NCBI GenBank assembly: GCA_019058445.1
Contig: JAHPZA010000005.1
Location: 1 to 64,000, forward strand
Origin: Promethearchaeota archaeon
GTDB taxonomy: Archaea; Asgardarchaeota; Lokiarchaeia; Sigyniarchaeales; SOKP01
Reading direction: 5' to 3'
Length of the DNA: 64,000 nt
The notes beneath the pieces were generated by a model. It was not told the DNA's origin. It saw nothing but the letters and a program-made list of their open reading frames with translations, and did no database searches. Position 1 is the first letter of the stretch, and each line of letters starts with the position of its first letter. Of the stretch, positions 1 to 9,168 are shown piece after piece. The translations under genes and the position numbers were made by a program.

Positions 1-254
1 TTCCAATAAGACTTCCAGTTTTTCATAACCAATCGCAAGATCTGCTGAGAGGTTTGGGCGGGAAGGGTCTTATAGGCACTATGGTCTTTTAAAATAATCT
101 GTAGATCATAGTAAGTGATAAATTCATCCAAATGAAAAAAGAATTGACGATAATGGAAATTTGCTAAGTTATAGAGATTTTTTGCCAAATGGCAGAGATG
201 TGATAATTCGGGAGTTTTCTTAAGTTGGATTTGTTCTGTTAATTGAATAATCAG
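1..254 (-). CDS. tnpB: TnpB (RNA-guided nuclease family) of an IS607-type element; N-terminal part only, running off the window start
   Basis: Manual translation of the minus strand gives LIIQLTEQIQLKKTPELSHLCHLAKNLYNLANFHYRQFFF...YKTLPAQTSQQILRLVMKNWKSYW, a typical TnpB N-terminus. A GGAGGTG RBS lies just upstream. There is no ATG, so the start is CTG or ATT. Not in the ORF track. Confidence 0.85.
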   Translation of the reverse strand, partial: MIIQLTEQIQLKKTPELSHLCHLAKNLYNLANFHYRQFFFHLDEFITYYDLQIILKDHSAYKTLPAQTSQQILRLVMKNWKSYW

Positions 255-307
255 TGCACCTCCTGGATTTGTTCTGTTAATTGAATAATCAGTGCACCTC
301 CTGGATT
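226..307. repeat. Perfect 38-bp tandem duplication (2 copies plus 6 bp)
   Basis: TGGATTTGTTCTGTTAATTGAATAATCAGTGCACCTCC at 226-263 and 264-301, followed by TGGATT at 302-307. Confidence 0.95.
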
Positions 308-394
308 AGTTCTTTAATAATCTTTCTTTTACGCTTTGAATACATCTTCATCGCAAAGTAATGCATTAAAGAAATATACTTCTCCAGTTTTCAT
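289..394 (-). pseudogene. tnpA: Internally deleted IS607 TnpA (serine recombinase) remnant
   Basis: ATG at 394 reads MKTGEV, resembling the start of the TnpA HTH. It joins out of frame to YISLMHYFAMKMYSKRKRKIIKELIQEVH*, which resembles the IS607 TnpA C-terminus. The stop overlaps the tnpB start region. Confidence 0.7.
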
Positions 395-476
395 ACTTAA
401 GATATAAATCTTTATAAGTTTTTATATGCTAGACTCCTTTGGTTTATCATATTAAAAGTAACTTTTCGGAAAGATT

Positions 477-1700
477 ATGTCAGATCAAGATTATTTGAGT
501 GAAATACATAAGATTAGAGAATCGTTTTCAGATTTAGTACACTTTACTCCTTTAGAGTTAAATCATACTTTTTCAATAATGTCTAATAATGAAATATATT
601 TGAAGCTTGAAAATTTTCAAAGAACTGGTTCCTTTAAAATTCGAGGAGCTTTTAATAAGATTTCAAAATTAACTGATGAAGAAAAGAAAGCGGGGGTAAT
701 TACAGCCTCAGCTGGAAATCATGGTCAGGCAGTTGCCTTAGCCGCTAAAATCTCTGATATTAAATCGACTGTAGTCGTACCTGAGGGAGCGCCAATTGTC
801 AAGATTGAAGCTATTAAAAATTATAACCCGAAAGGTAAAGTTATTGAATATGGTCGTACTTATGATGAGGCTCATCAAAAGGTTCTAGAAATTAAAAAGC
901 AAGAGAATAGTATAATTATCCCCGCATTTAATGATATAGATATTATTAAAGGTCAAGCCACCATCGGTTATGAAATTATGGAACAATTACCAGATGCAGA
1001 TTATATTTTTTGTCCAATTGGAGGTGGGGGATTAATTAGCGGTATTAGCTCATATTGTAAACAAAAATCTAAAAACATTAAAATTATTGGTGTGCAAGCT
1101 GAAAATGCTCCCTCAATGCACGAGTCATTTATGAAAGAAAAAATTACCCTAAAGCAACTAAAAGAAACCATCTGTGATGGTATTGCAGTTAAACAGCCTG
1201 GAGAAATAACTTATGATATGATAAAGAAGTATGTAGATGAGATTGTTCTCGTGTCTGACGAGGAAGTGGCAAATACTATTTTGCTTTTATTGGAAAGGGC
1301 AAAGTTATTTGTTGAGGGTGCTGGAGCAGCCGCACTGGCTGCGATTCTTTATAACAAACTTAATCTTCAAAACAAAAAAATTATAGCAGTAATCTCCGGA
1401 GGAAATTTAACTCCTAACTTATTAAGCCGAATAATTACAAAAGGATTAATCAAAGGAGGTCGTTTAGTTAAGTTCAAAACTAAAATACCTGATATTCCTG
1501 GAGCCTTGATGAATGTGTTGAAAATAATCGCTGAACAAAAAGGTAATATCATTTCAATAACTCATGACAGGGAGCGCTTAGAACTTGAATATAAAATGAC
1601 GGAGGTAATTGTAGAACTCGAGACAAGAGATTTTGACCATATAAATCAAATATTTTCAAAGTTGAGAGAGTATTTTCAAATTGAAATTTTAAAGTTTTAA
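477..1700 (+). CDS. ilvA: Threonine ammonia-lyase with C-terminal ACT domain
   Basis: PLP lysine motif KLENFQRTGSFKIRGA; ASAGNHGQAVA; PIGGGGLISG; C-terminal ACT domain (PDIPGALMNVL). Confidence 0.95.
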   Translation: MSDQDYLSEIHKIRESFSDLVHFTPLELNHTFSIMSNNEIYLKLENFQRTGSFKIRGAFNKISKLTDEEKKAGVITASAGNHGQAVALAAKISDIKSTVVVPEGAPIVKIEAIKNYNPKGKVIEYGRTYDEAHQKVLEIKKQENSIIIPAFNDIDIIKGQATIGYEIMEQLPDADYIFCPIGGGGLISGISSYCKQKSKNIKIIGVQAENAPSMHESFMKEKITLKQLKETICDGIAVKQPGEITYDMIKKYVDEIVLVSDEEVANTILLLLERAKLFVEGAGAAALAAILYNKLNLQNKKIIAVISGGNLTPNLLSRIITKGLIKGGRLVKFKTKIPDIPGALMNVLKIIAEQKGNIISITHDRERLELEYKMTEVIVELETRDFDHINQIFSKLREYFQIEILKF

Positions 1701-1809
1701 AATTCTAACAATCTAATGCTGTATTTCAACTATTTATGATTTGAATTTGTCTTTATTTTATTTTCTAATAAATAAAAAATATTAAGTGAAATAAAAAAAA
1801 CCCAATGTC

Positions 1810-2157
1810 ATGGATGAAAATATAAAAGAACTATTTCAAAGTTGGAATGAATTAAATAAACAAGCCGAGGAATCCTTTGGACAATTTGAATTCACCTCTA
1901 TAAAAGAAATCAGAGAGAAACAAAGAACAATTGAGGATTCAGTTTATGCCATTCTTTTGGAAAACGCACCTGAAAATTTAAAACAGATCTTACCAAAGGA
2001 TTGTGGATCTCTGGAAATAGGATTTGATACGGAAAATAAAATATTTTACTTTGTAATGCTTGATCCAAATTACGAAGACAGCGAGGAGACAAAATTATTA
2101 GCAATTACAATTGATTTAAACAAAAAAGTGAGCCTTATTGAAGATTTTAAGGAATAA
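1810..2157 (+). CDS. Hypothetical protein
   Basis: 115-aa acidic ORF with plausible codon usage; no motif recognised. Confidence 0.7.
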   Translation: MDENIKELFQSWNELNKQAEESFGQFEFTSIKEIREKQRTIEDSVYAILLENAPENLKQILPKDCGSLEIGFDTENKIFYFVMLDPNYEDSEETKLLAITIDLNKKVSLIEDFKE

Positions 2158-2213
2158 TATTATTATGCAAAATAAAGATAAATTTTTTTTAATTATTCGA
2201 GGATAGATCTAGT

Positions 2214-2987
2214 ATGAAAATTGTATTTCATGAAAGATTTTACGTTTCAAATTATTCGATGGACCCCGCTGCGTCTCCAGGGCGTCTGGAAAGTATTATG
2301 AACATTATTCACAGTAAACCTGAAGATTATGAAATTATTACTCCAGAACCAGCAACTGAAAAAGATATTTTACGGGCTCATGGAAAAAGGCATTATGAAT
2401 ACATAAAAAACGATCAGCTATTATATGAATTGGCAGCGCTAGCCGCAGGTGGTTCAATATTGGCTGCCGAAGAAGGATTTAAAGGAAATCCCACATTTGC
2501 CGTCATTCGTCCTCCCGGGCATCACGCATCTGCTGATTCATGCTGGGGCTTTTGTTTCTTCAATAATATAAGTATAAGCTTATTAAAGTTATACTCGGAA
2601 AAAAAGATAAAATCCGCATTTGTATTAGATTTTGATTTGCACACTGGTGATGGCAACATTAACATATTAAAAAATAGAAATGATGAGTTTATTGCGAAAA
2701 TACTTAATCCTAGCTCCAGTGGTAGTGCGAATTATATTAAGGAGGTTGAAGCTTATATGCAAAATCTTAAAGATATTGATATTTTTGTAGCGAGTGCGGG
2801 ATTTGATCAAGGAATTGAGGACTGGGGGCATTTATTACATCCTGAAGATTATACAAAGCTGGGGAGCTTAATGAAAGAATACTCCGAAAAATTATGTAGC
2901 GGACGGCGCTACGCTTTATTAGAGGGCGGTTATAATCACGATGTGTTAGGTAAGAATGCTGATGCGTTTTGTCAAGGATTTAAATAA
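2214..2987 (+). CDS. Histone deacetylase family (AcuC/APAH-like) Zn hydrolase
   Basis: RPPGHHA, GFCFFNN, DFDLHTGDG, SAGFD and LEGGY motifs. Confidence 0.93.
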   Translation: MKIVFHERFYVSNYSMDPAASPGRLESIMNIIHSKPEDYEIITPEPATEKDILRAHGKRHYEYIKNDQLLYELAALAAGGSILAAEEGFKGNPTFAVIRPPGHHASADSCWGFCFFNNISISLLKLYSEKKIKSAFVLDFDLHTGDGNINILKNRNDEFIAKILNPSSSGSANYIKEVEAYMQNLKDIDIFVASAGFDQGIEDWGHLLHPEDYTKLGSLMKEYSEKLCSGRRYALLEGGYNHDVLGKNADAFCQGFK

Positions 2988-3019
2988 AAAAAAAAGAAAG
3001 TTAAGTCGTTGTTTTAAAC

Positions 3020-4423
3020 TTAGAGACCTAGTTCTCTTAATTTCTGTTTAATTGCTAGCTTTTTCTCTCCTTCTAAATCATACCATTTATGCATGATTAT
3101 AAATGATACTAAGCACAGAAGAGATGGAATTAATCCTATGATGATGCGAATTCCCCATATAGCTAAAGGTGTTTGTACAGCATTAGGATTAGGATTATAT
3201 CCTGTGAGAAGATGTACTATTGTAAAGATAACAGCTTGGAGGATAAGGGAAAATCGAAAGAAACAGGTTCTAATTCCTCCATATTTTCCTTCTTGATGTT
3301 TTCCGTCCATTACAGTACATTCATCATTAACATCTGCAACAACAGGAGCCAAAGAGAATGTGAAAGCTCCAAGACCCGTCCCTGCAATGAAAGCGAAAAT
3401 TATTACTTGTTCAATTGTGGTTATCCATAAAAGGGGAAGATATCCTATAAACCCTATTATAAGACTTATTTTCATTACTTTATAAGCCCCATATTTTCTG
3501 ACTCTATTCATCCAAAAAGGGATAAATAAGACAAACCCTAAGAACCAAACTATTAATATATAAATATAATAATATAAGGGTAATCTTAATACATCTTTCA
3601 TAAAATAGATTCCAGAGGTAGAATATAATATTCCTGCTAGTGAAAGGAGAAAAAATACAAAGAAAGTAGCTATGAAATTTTTTCGTCCAAACGCTTTTTT
3701 CATTATCTTCCAAAAAGATTCGCTTTTTTCCTTTTGATTATTTTCATACCCTCGAAGAAAGCGTTCTTTCAAGTCCTCAGATTCACGAATGCCTGGAATA
3801 AGAAGAATTATTAATATAATTTGGACAATTAAACCAATTAACGCTGCCAAAATAAATGTCTCTTTTTTTCCGTATACAATAACAAGTGGTCCGATAAAAC
3901 CATAAAATAAAGCTAATGTAGCACCCAGAAAGTTCATAATAGCAACTGCTTTTCTACGTTCGGCATCAGTACGAAAATGATTTGTATATGCTGCATTTAT
4001 GTGTGTAGTATAAATAGAAAAGAATGTATCTGCTACACAAGTCATAATCATAAACCACCAAAAAACTGGCCAAGGATTATTAGGATCCGCATTGGGTGAG
4101 ATATAAACAAGGAAATAAAATATGCTTGCTGGTATTGCACCTATTAAAATCCAAGGGAATCTCATTCCCCATTTTCTCGTCCATTTAAAAGGTCGATCAG
4201 TAAGATATGCTACAAGAGGATCATTAATCATATTCCAAATCGAAAAAAAAATGAATCCTAATGCCAATAGGGCAACAGGCAAACCAATCTCGACTTCATA
4301 ATAATAAAAAAGTATTCTATTTGCGAAAGTAGCAGTAATCACATAACCTAGAGAAAACGATATCATTTTTTTTGTAGATGCTTGTTCCCATTCAGAAAGA
4401 TCGAAATTATTATCCTCACTCAT
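3020..4423 (-). CDS. GPH family (MelB-like) MFS sugar transporter
   Basis: IWNMINDPLVAYLTDR...WGMRFPW motif; about 12 TM segments; DVNDE...EGKYGG. Confidence 0.9.
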   Translation of the reverse strand: MSEDNNFDLSEWEQASTKKMISFSLGYVITATFANRILFYYYEVEIGLPVALLALGFIFFSIWNMINDPLVAYLTDRPFKWTRKWGMRFPWILIGAIPASIFYFLVYISPNADPNNPWPVFWWFMIMTCVADTFFSIYTTHINAAYTNHFRTDAERRKAVAIMNFLGATLALFYGFIGPLVIVYGKKETFILAALIGLIVQIILIILLIPGIRESEDLKERFLRGYENNQKEKSESFWKIMKKAFGRKNFIATFFVFFLLSLAGILYSTSGIYFMKDVLRLPLYYYIYILIVWFLGFVLFIPFWMNRVRKYGAYKVMKISLIIGFIGYLPLLWITTIEQVIIFAFIAGTGLGAFTFSLAPVVADVNDECTVMDGKHQEGKYGGIRTCFFRFSLILQAVIFTIVHLLTGYNPNPNAVQTPLAIWGIRIIIGLIPSLLCLVSFIIMHKWYDLEGEKKLAIKQKLRELGL

Positions 4424-4551
4424 AAATCTCGCTCTAAATTAATTTTTAATTGTAATTAAATTATTTATAACTAGGTTCTATAAAAACTTATCCTTGAGAT
4501 ATGAGCTAAATCAAATTACGTAAGTAAAAGATAAAATTGTTTCTTAAAGAA

Positions 4552-5019
4552 TCATTGTTGATTTTTTTTTATCTTTTTATATTTCTCTAATTTCTTTTGA
4601 ATTTTTTTTGAGATTAAATCAGGAAATTCGTCTAATGTTTTCCCTTCATATTTTTCATAACAGCTACAACAAAATCTTAATTCATATACATCAAAACCAT
4701 TAATTTTTTTCGGTCTAGTTTCTGGATGAAGTTTTCTGTCGCAAAGTATGCAATAATTATAGAATTCCAATTCTCTTTTTTTTTTTAGTTCTACTAATCT
4801 TTTAAATTCAATTTTTTTTTGAATTTCCTCCCTTTTTCTACGTTCTAATTGAATATCGGGAAATTTATTTTCAATAATAGCAAAAAAAGGCAAATCCTTT
4901 TCGAGGCGATCCTTTATCGCTATTCTTATTAATTCCGATCGAGATCTGCCAGTCTTTTCTCCTATTTGAGCTATTAATTTGACATAAACATCAGGCAAGT
5001 TAATAGTGATATTTCTCAT
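4552..5019 (-). CDS. Ribbon-helix-helix (CopG/MetJ-like) regulator with C-terminal Zn finger
   Basis: RNITINLPDVYV...SRSELIRIAIKD RHH; CILC...CCSC. Confidence 0.8.
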   Translation of the reverse strand: MRNITINLPDVYVKLIAQIGEKTGRSRSELIRIAIKDRLEKDLPFFAIIENKFPDIQLERRKREEIQKKIEFKRLVELKKKRELEFYNYCILCDRKLHPETRPKKINGFDVYELRFCCSCYEKYEGKTLDEFPDLISKKIQKKLEKYKKIKKNQQ

Positions 5020-5315
5020 TTTTAACCCTTTTTAGATTTTTTATTAATAATGTTAATGCAATCTGAATTTATAAAGGTTTTTACTACCAAATTCCTTAAA
5101 AAGCGGATTGAATAATTTTTTACATAGATATAAACAAGCTTGAAAAAGTTTATATAATTTAAGAAGACGGTAGAAATTTTTTTAGCCATTTAATGTCTTT
5201 TTACCTTTCTCTTCACAATTCTGACAAAATTTAAATTTCAAACCTCAAGTAAGGTGCTAAATTTTAAAATGATAAGAGTTCAAAATAAAAAAAAGAGTTG
5301 ATTTAAAGAAAAAAA

Positions 5316-6665
5316 TCATTTAATTTGAAAAAAGGACTCTTCAAATTCAGGTTTTCCCTTATATTTACCCATTAAAAATCCAACCCCTGAATCTAAACCC
5401 TTAAAAAATGCATTTTGGACTTTGATACCTGCCTCTTTAAGCGCATTAACTACATTTTCTCTTGCGGGAGGACAGCCTTGTATGGGAATCAATTCTTTTA
5501 TGCAAGGGTCATTCTTATTAAGGTTACATTGACACTGACCAAGTAGAATCGTTTTATTATTACCTTCAGTTGGTTTCATCCTTTTTCCAGTTAGAATTTC
5601 AATTTTGTCATATGGTTTGCCTTTCCATGAATATTTTATTGCCAGTAAAATTATCCCGTTTAATCCAGAGCAATAAGTGCACATAGAATTGTCATATTTA
5701 TGATATTTAAGACCTTCTACTCCAATTTTCTGAAAAGGGAGCGGTAGATCTCCAGCATCATTGTAAATGAAATCCCATTCGTGATGTGAGGTCAGGCTTT
5801 CAATACTTTCTCCGATAAGTTCAATATCAGATAAATCTCCCGGTCTATTTCTTTCTTTTGCGGCAAGTGCTAAATGGGGTATCTCTGATGGAACAAACCC
5901 TAATAAACTGGCTCCAACTAAGTCAGCAGAGAGAACGTCTCTTGAAGCTACAAGAATATTACTTCTATGAGCCTTTCCATCAATGGCAGGACCACGTTCA
6001 AGAGTATAAATTCCGTCAATGATAGTTAAAACGGGAGGTAACTTATTAGGAAGGTGAGCAACATTGTAATTCAAATCATGAACTAGGTCAGGACTATGAA
6101 ATTTTTTACGTGAGGCGATACTGATTAAACCCTTCAGATTTTTGAATGCGATGCTAGCCTTCGCTTGCGCATGAGTTTTTAACACTGGAATATCCAGAAT
6201 ATAATCCGCTGCAAATGCATCTGAACTAAAATTAACTTTAAAATCAAGGCCCATATCTAATTTATCAAAAGGTCTTCTAAAAGTATTGATTACTTTAACT
6301 CCATATCTCTCTTTTAGAATATCATAACCAAGTTTTTCGAACGCATCAGCTGCAGTGAGTTCATCTTTGGGATCTTCAGTAACTATCCCTTCCCCTATGG
6401 TAATATCTTTGATTCCCCGTTCATTAAGAAGAACAACTGCATCTTCTATTACTCGAGATGTAGTGAGTACCCCCCATTTTGGAAAATTACTATGTCGGTT
6501 CCAATATACTATATTTGGTTTGATAAATATCTTAGCATCAGTAGGGAGATCATCAAATAATTTGGATTGTTCAACTACTTTTCGAACTGATTCCAAGGGC
6601 TTTTCATATTTCACAACAGATACTATAGGTTTACTCATATTATCACTTATTAAATTAGATGTCAT
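5316..6665 (-). CDS. DUF362 family (Fe-S associated) protein
   Basis: IFIKPNIV, PVLKTH, FKNLKG and IIDGI motifs; C-terminal CTYC, GQC and IQGCPP. Confidence 0.85.
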   Translation of the reverse strand: MTSNLISDNMSKPIVSVVKYEKPLESVRKVVEQSKLFDDLPTDAKIFIKPNIVYWNRHSNFPKWGVLTTSRVIEDAVVLLNERGIKDITIGEGIVTEDPKDELTAADAFEKLGYDILKERYGVKVINTFRRPFDKLDMGLDFKVNFSSDAFAADYILDIPVLKTHAQAKASIAFKNLKGLISIASRKKFHSPDLVHDLNYNVAHLPNKLPPVLTIIDGIYTLERGPAIDGKAHRSNILVASRDVLSADLVGASLLGFVPSEIPHLALAAKERNRPGDLSDIELIGESIESLTSHHEWDFIYNDAGDLPLPFQKIGVEGLKYHKYDNSMCTYCSGLNGIILLAIKYSWKGKPYDKIEILTGKRMKPTEGNNKTILLGQCQCNLNKNDPCIKELIPIQGCPPARENVVNALKEAGIKVQNAFFKGLDSGVGFLMGKYKGKPEFEESFFQIK

Positions 6666-6822
6666 TATTATCTTATATTGATAAGAATACGAAGTATCTT
6701 AAAAATTAAATTATTATTAATAATTTGTTTTTAATAGTTTTAAATATAAATACCAAATATAAATAGTATCAGTTTTACAAATTAGATTAGAACTCAATTT
6801 AAAAAGGAATATGATGTAAGAT

Positions 6823-7866
6823 TTGAGATTTAGTTTCAGTATCCCTGTTCCAACTCCTAGACTTGAATACATGATCGATGGTACTAAGAGATCCGAAGCT
6901 TGTGGATTTTATTCTGTTTTTTATGCGGATCACACAACAATGCTAAATTCACCTGGAACATGCTACGATGCCTTTTCTTTTTTAACAGCTCTATCTATGG
7001 AATCTCAGAAAATTAGGTTATGTACAGGTGTTTCCGATTGTCATAGGTTTAACCCCGCACTAATGGCCCACAAAGTAGCTACCTTGGATGTGTTTTCCAA
7101 TGGGAGAGCCATGTTAGGAATAGGGGCAGGAGAGGCGATGAATATTGATTTGTATGGACTTGAAAGAGAGAAATCTTATTCGAAATTACGGGAATATATT
7201 GAACTTTTGAGGAAATTCTGGACTAAGAAACGAGTAAATTTCGAGAGTGAATTTTGGGGTACAATGAAAAATGGGTTTATTCAAATCAAACCGATTCAAA
7301 AAACACCTCCAATATATGTAGCCGCTAATGCTCCAAAAACAAGGAAAATGGCAGGTGAATTAGGTGAGGGCTGGTATCCATTTGTAGAGACTCCCTGGAC
7401 GTATAAAGAGAACTATAAAGAGGTTGTAGAAGGTGCTAAAAATGCTGGTCGGGACCCATCTGAAATTGATTACGTATACGACTGTTTTGTAGCAATAGAT
7501 GATGATGATCCCCAAAACGCTATTGAAAGATGTGATTTTTTCAAAACATCATATTTAGTGATGCCAACTAAAATTAACCAAGCTTATCCGAATGTTAATT
7601 TACCCGAAGATTTAACCATCCATAATATTCTTTTAGATGCCCCTGGAGCTACTGATTTATTACAATGTATTGATAAATTACCAAAAACTGTAAATGAGGA
7701 CCTAAATTGCATAGGAACGACCGATGATGTTATTTCCAGTATCGAGAAATTTAAAAATGCGGGCGCTACTCATCTTTCCTTAATGAACCGTGGTCCGAAT
7801 GTAAATAAAGTTTACGAGATTTTTAAAAACAAAATTATACCATATTTCGAAGAGCAGAATAAATAA
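6823..7866 (+). CDS. LLM-class (luciferase-like) flavin/F420-dependent oxidoreductase
   Basis: YADH, ATLDVFSNGRAMLGIGAGE, KPIQKTPPIYVAA. Confidence 0.9.
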   Translation: MRFSFSIPVPTPRLEYMIDGTKRSEACGFYSVFYADHTTMLNSPGTCYDAFSFLTALSMESQKIRLCTGVSDCHRFNPALMAHKVATLDVFSNGRAMLGIGAGEAMNIDLYGLEREKSYSKLREYIELLRKFWTKKRVNFESEFWGTMKNGFIQIKPIQKTPPIYVAANAPKTRKMAGELGEGWYPFVETPWTYKENYKEVVEGAKNAGRDPSEIDYVYDCFVAIDDDDPQNAIERCDFFKTSYLVMPTKINQAYPNVNLPEDLTIHNILLDAPGATDLLQCIDKLPKTVNEDLNCIGTTDDVISSIEKFKNAGATHLSLMNRGPNVNKVYEIFKNKIIPYFEEQNK

Positions 7867-8017
7867 GAATTAAGACTTTTTTTTCTCTATTTCTTTAAAG
7901 GATTTTTGATGATTTTCAAACGATTAACCAGATTAGATTTAAATATCTTATAAATTAATTATTATCATCAATTGTTATTATACGAATTCAATAAAATAAA
8001 AAAGGAATTGATAAAGT

Positions 8018-9082
8018 ATGGTTATCGAAACAAACATTACCAAAATGCTAGGAATTAAACATCCCATAATAGCTGCTCCAATGGGTCCATTTTATACAAC
8101 CGAATTAACGATTGCAGTTTCTGAAGCTGGCGGACTAGGGGTTATAAGCCATGCTTCAGATTTTGATCGCCCTGAAAAAGAAACATGGCAAGATAGAGAG
8201 GCGACTCTTAAAGCAATGAAAAGAAGTATGGAAAGGGTTGTCGAATATACAGATAAGCCCTTTGGATTTAATATTAGGACCTCAAGGGTACAGATAGATG
8301 CGCCAGTATTATGTAAAGAGATTCCTAAATTTATCATGAGTAATCCAAAATTAAAAGAACAATGCATTTATGCGGTCACCAGTGCTGGGTCTTCTAAAAC
8401 ATTGCCCGAATCAAAGTCTTTCCAAAAATTAAAAGAGAGTTCAAACATTAAACATTTTCATGTTGCACCAGCATTATGGTTAGCTGATAAATGTGTTGCT
8501 TCAAATGTAGATGGGATGGTCATTACGGGAACTGAAGGCGGAGGGCATCAATCCTATGAAGAAGTTAGTACTTTAGTCTTGTTACAACAAGTTTTAGAAA
8601 AATATCCTGATAAGCCTATCGTTGCGTGTGGAGGTTTTGCAACTGGCAGATCATTAGCTGCAGCTTTAAGTATGGGTGCTGGAGCTGTTGCAATGGGGTC
8701 TAGATTTATTGCTTCAAAAGAAAGCGAATTTCATGAAACATATAAAGACATTGTTCCTCCAGCAAGAGCTCAAGATACTGTATTAGCTACTGGAGCTTTT
8801 GGTCCGATAAGATTGTGGAAAAATCCATATGCTGCAACTCATCCTAAAGTAGGTTCTAAAGAAGAAAAGATGGCTATGGAAAAGCAAACGACAATTGAGG
8901 AATTCTTAAAGGAAGCTAGAGCTTATCGATTAATTTATGAAGGAAATACTAAAGAAGGAGCAGTGCTTCTCGGTCAAAGCATAGGTATTATTGAAAGTAT
9001 AGAAAAAGTTAAGGACTTAGTCGATAAAATTGTTAGCGATGCAGAGAAATTACTGAAAAGGGCAACTTCTCAAATTTTATAA
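8018..9082 (+). CDS. Nitronate monooxygenase / FabK-like FMN oxidoreductase
   Basis: PIIAAPMG, AVSEAGGLG, GTEGGGH, ACGGF...GAVAMGSRFIASKES. Confidence 0.9.
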   Translation: MVIETNITKMLGIKHPIIAAPMGPFYTTELTIAVSEAGGLGVISHASDFDRPEKETWQDREATLKAMKRSMERVVEYTDKPFGFNIRTSRVQIDAPVLCKEIPKFIMSNPKLKEQCIYAVTSAGSSKTLPESKSFQKLKESSNIKHFHVAPALWLADKCVASNVDGMVITGTEGGGHQSYEEVSTLVLLQQVLEKYPDKPIVACGGFATGRSLAAALSMGAGAVAMGSRFIASKESEFHETYKDIVPPARAQDTVLATGAFGPIRLWKNPYAATHPKVGSKEEKMAMEKQTTIEEFLKEARAYRLIYEGNTKEGAVLLGQSIGIIESIEKVKDLVDKIVSDAEKLLKRATSQIL

Positions 9083-9168
9083 GCAAATCCAAATTAACTA
9101 TTAAAAATTTTTTTCTTTTCTTATTTTATTTATTTTATTAGTTAAAATGATAAAAAAAAAGAAAGTAA

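Larger units (their letters stand above)
1..437 (-). mobile_element. Non-autonomous IS607-family element (left end and 5' part)
   Basis: tnpA remnant followed by tnpB. The left end has short TATAAA-like direct repeats (about 400-427) and a GG dinucleotide at 436-437 on the minus strand. Confidence 0.7.

Noticed and set aside
226-307. Possible CRISPR repeat (38 bp)
   Set aside because: The copies are directly adjacent with no spacer, lie inside an IS junction, and there are no cas genes.
2214-2987. Evidence of eukaryote-like histone deacetylation
   Set aside because: This family is common in prokaryotes and often acts on polyamines or metabolic enzymes; the substrate cannot be read from sequence.
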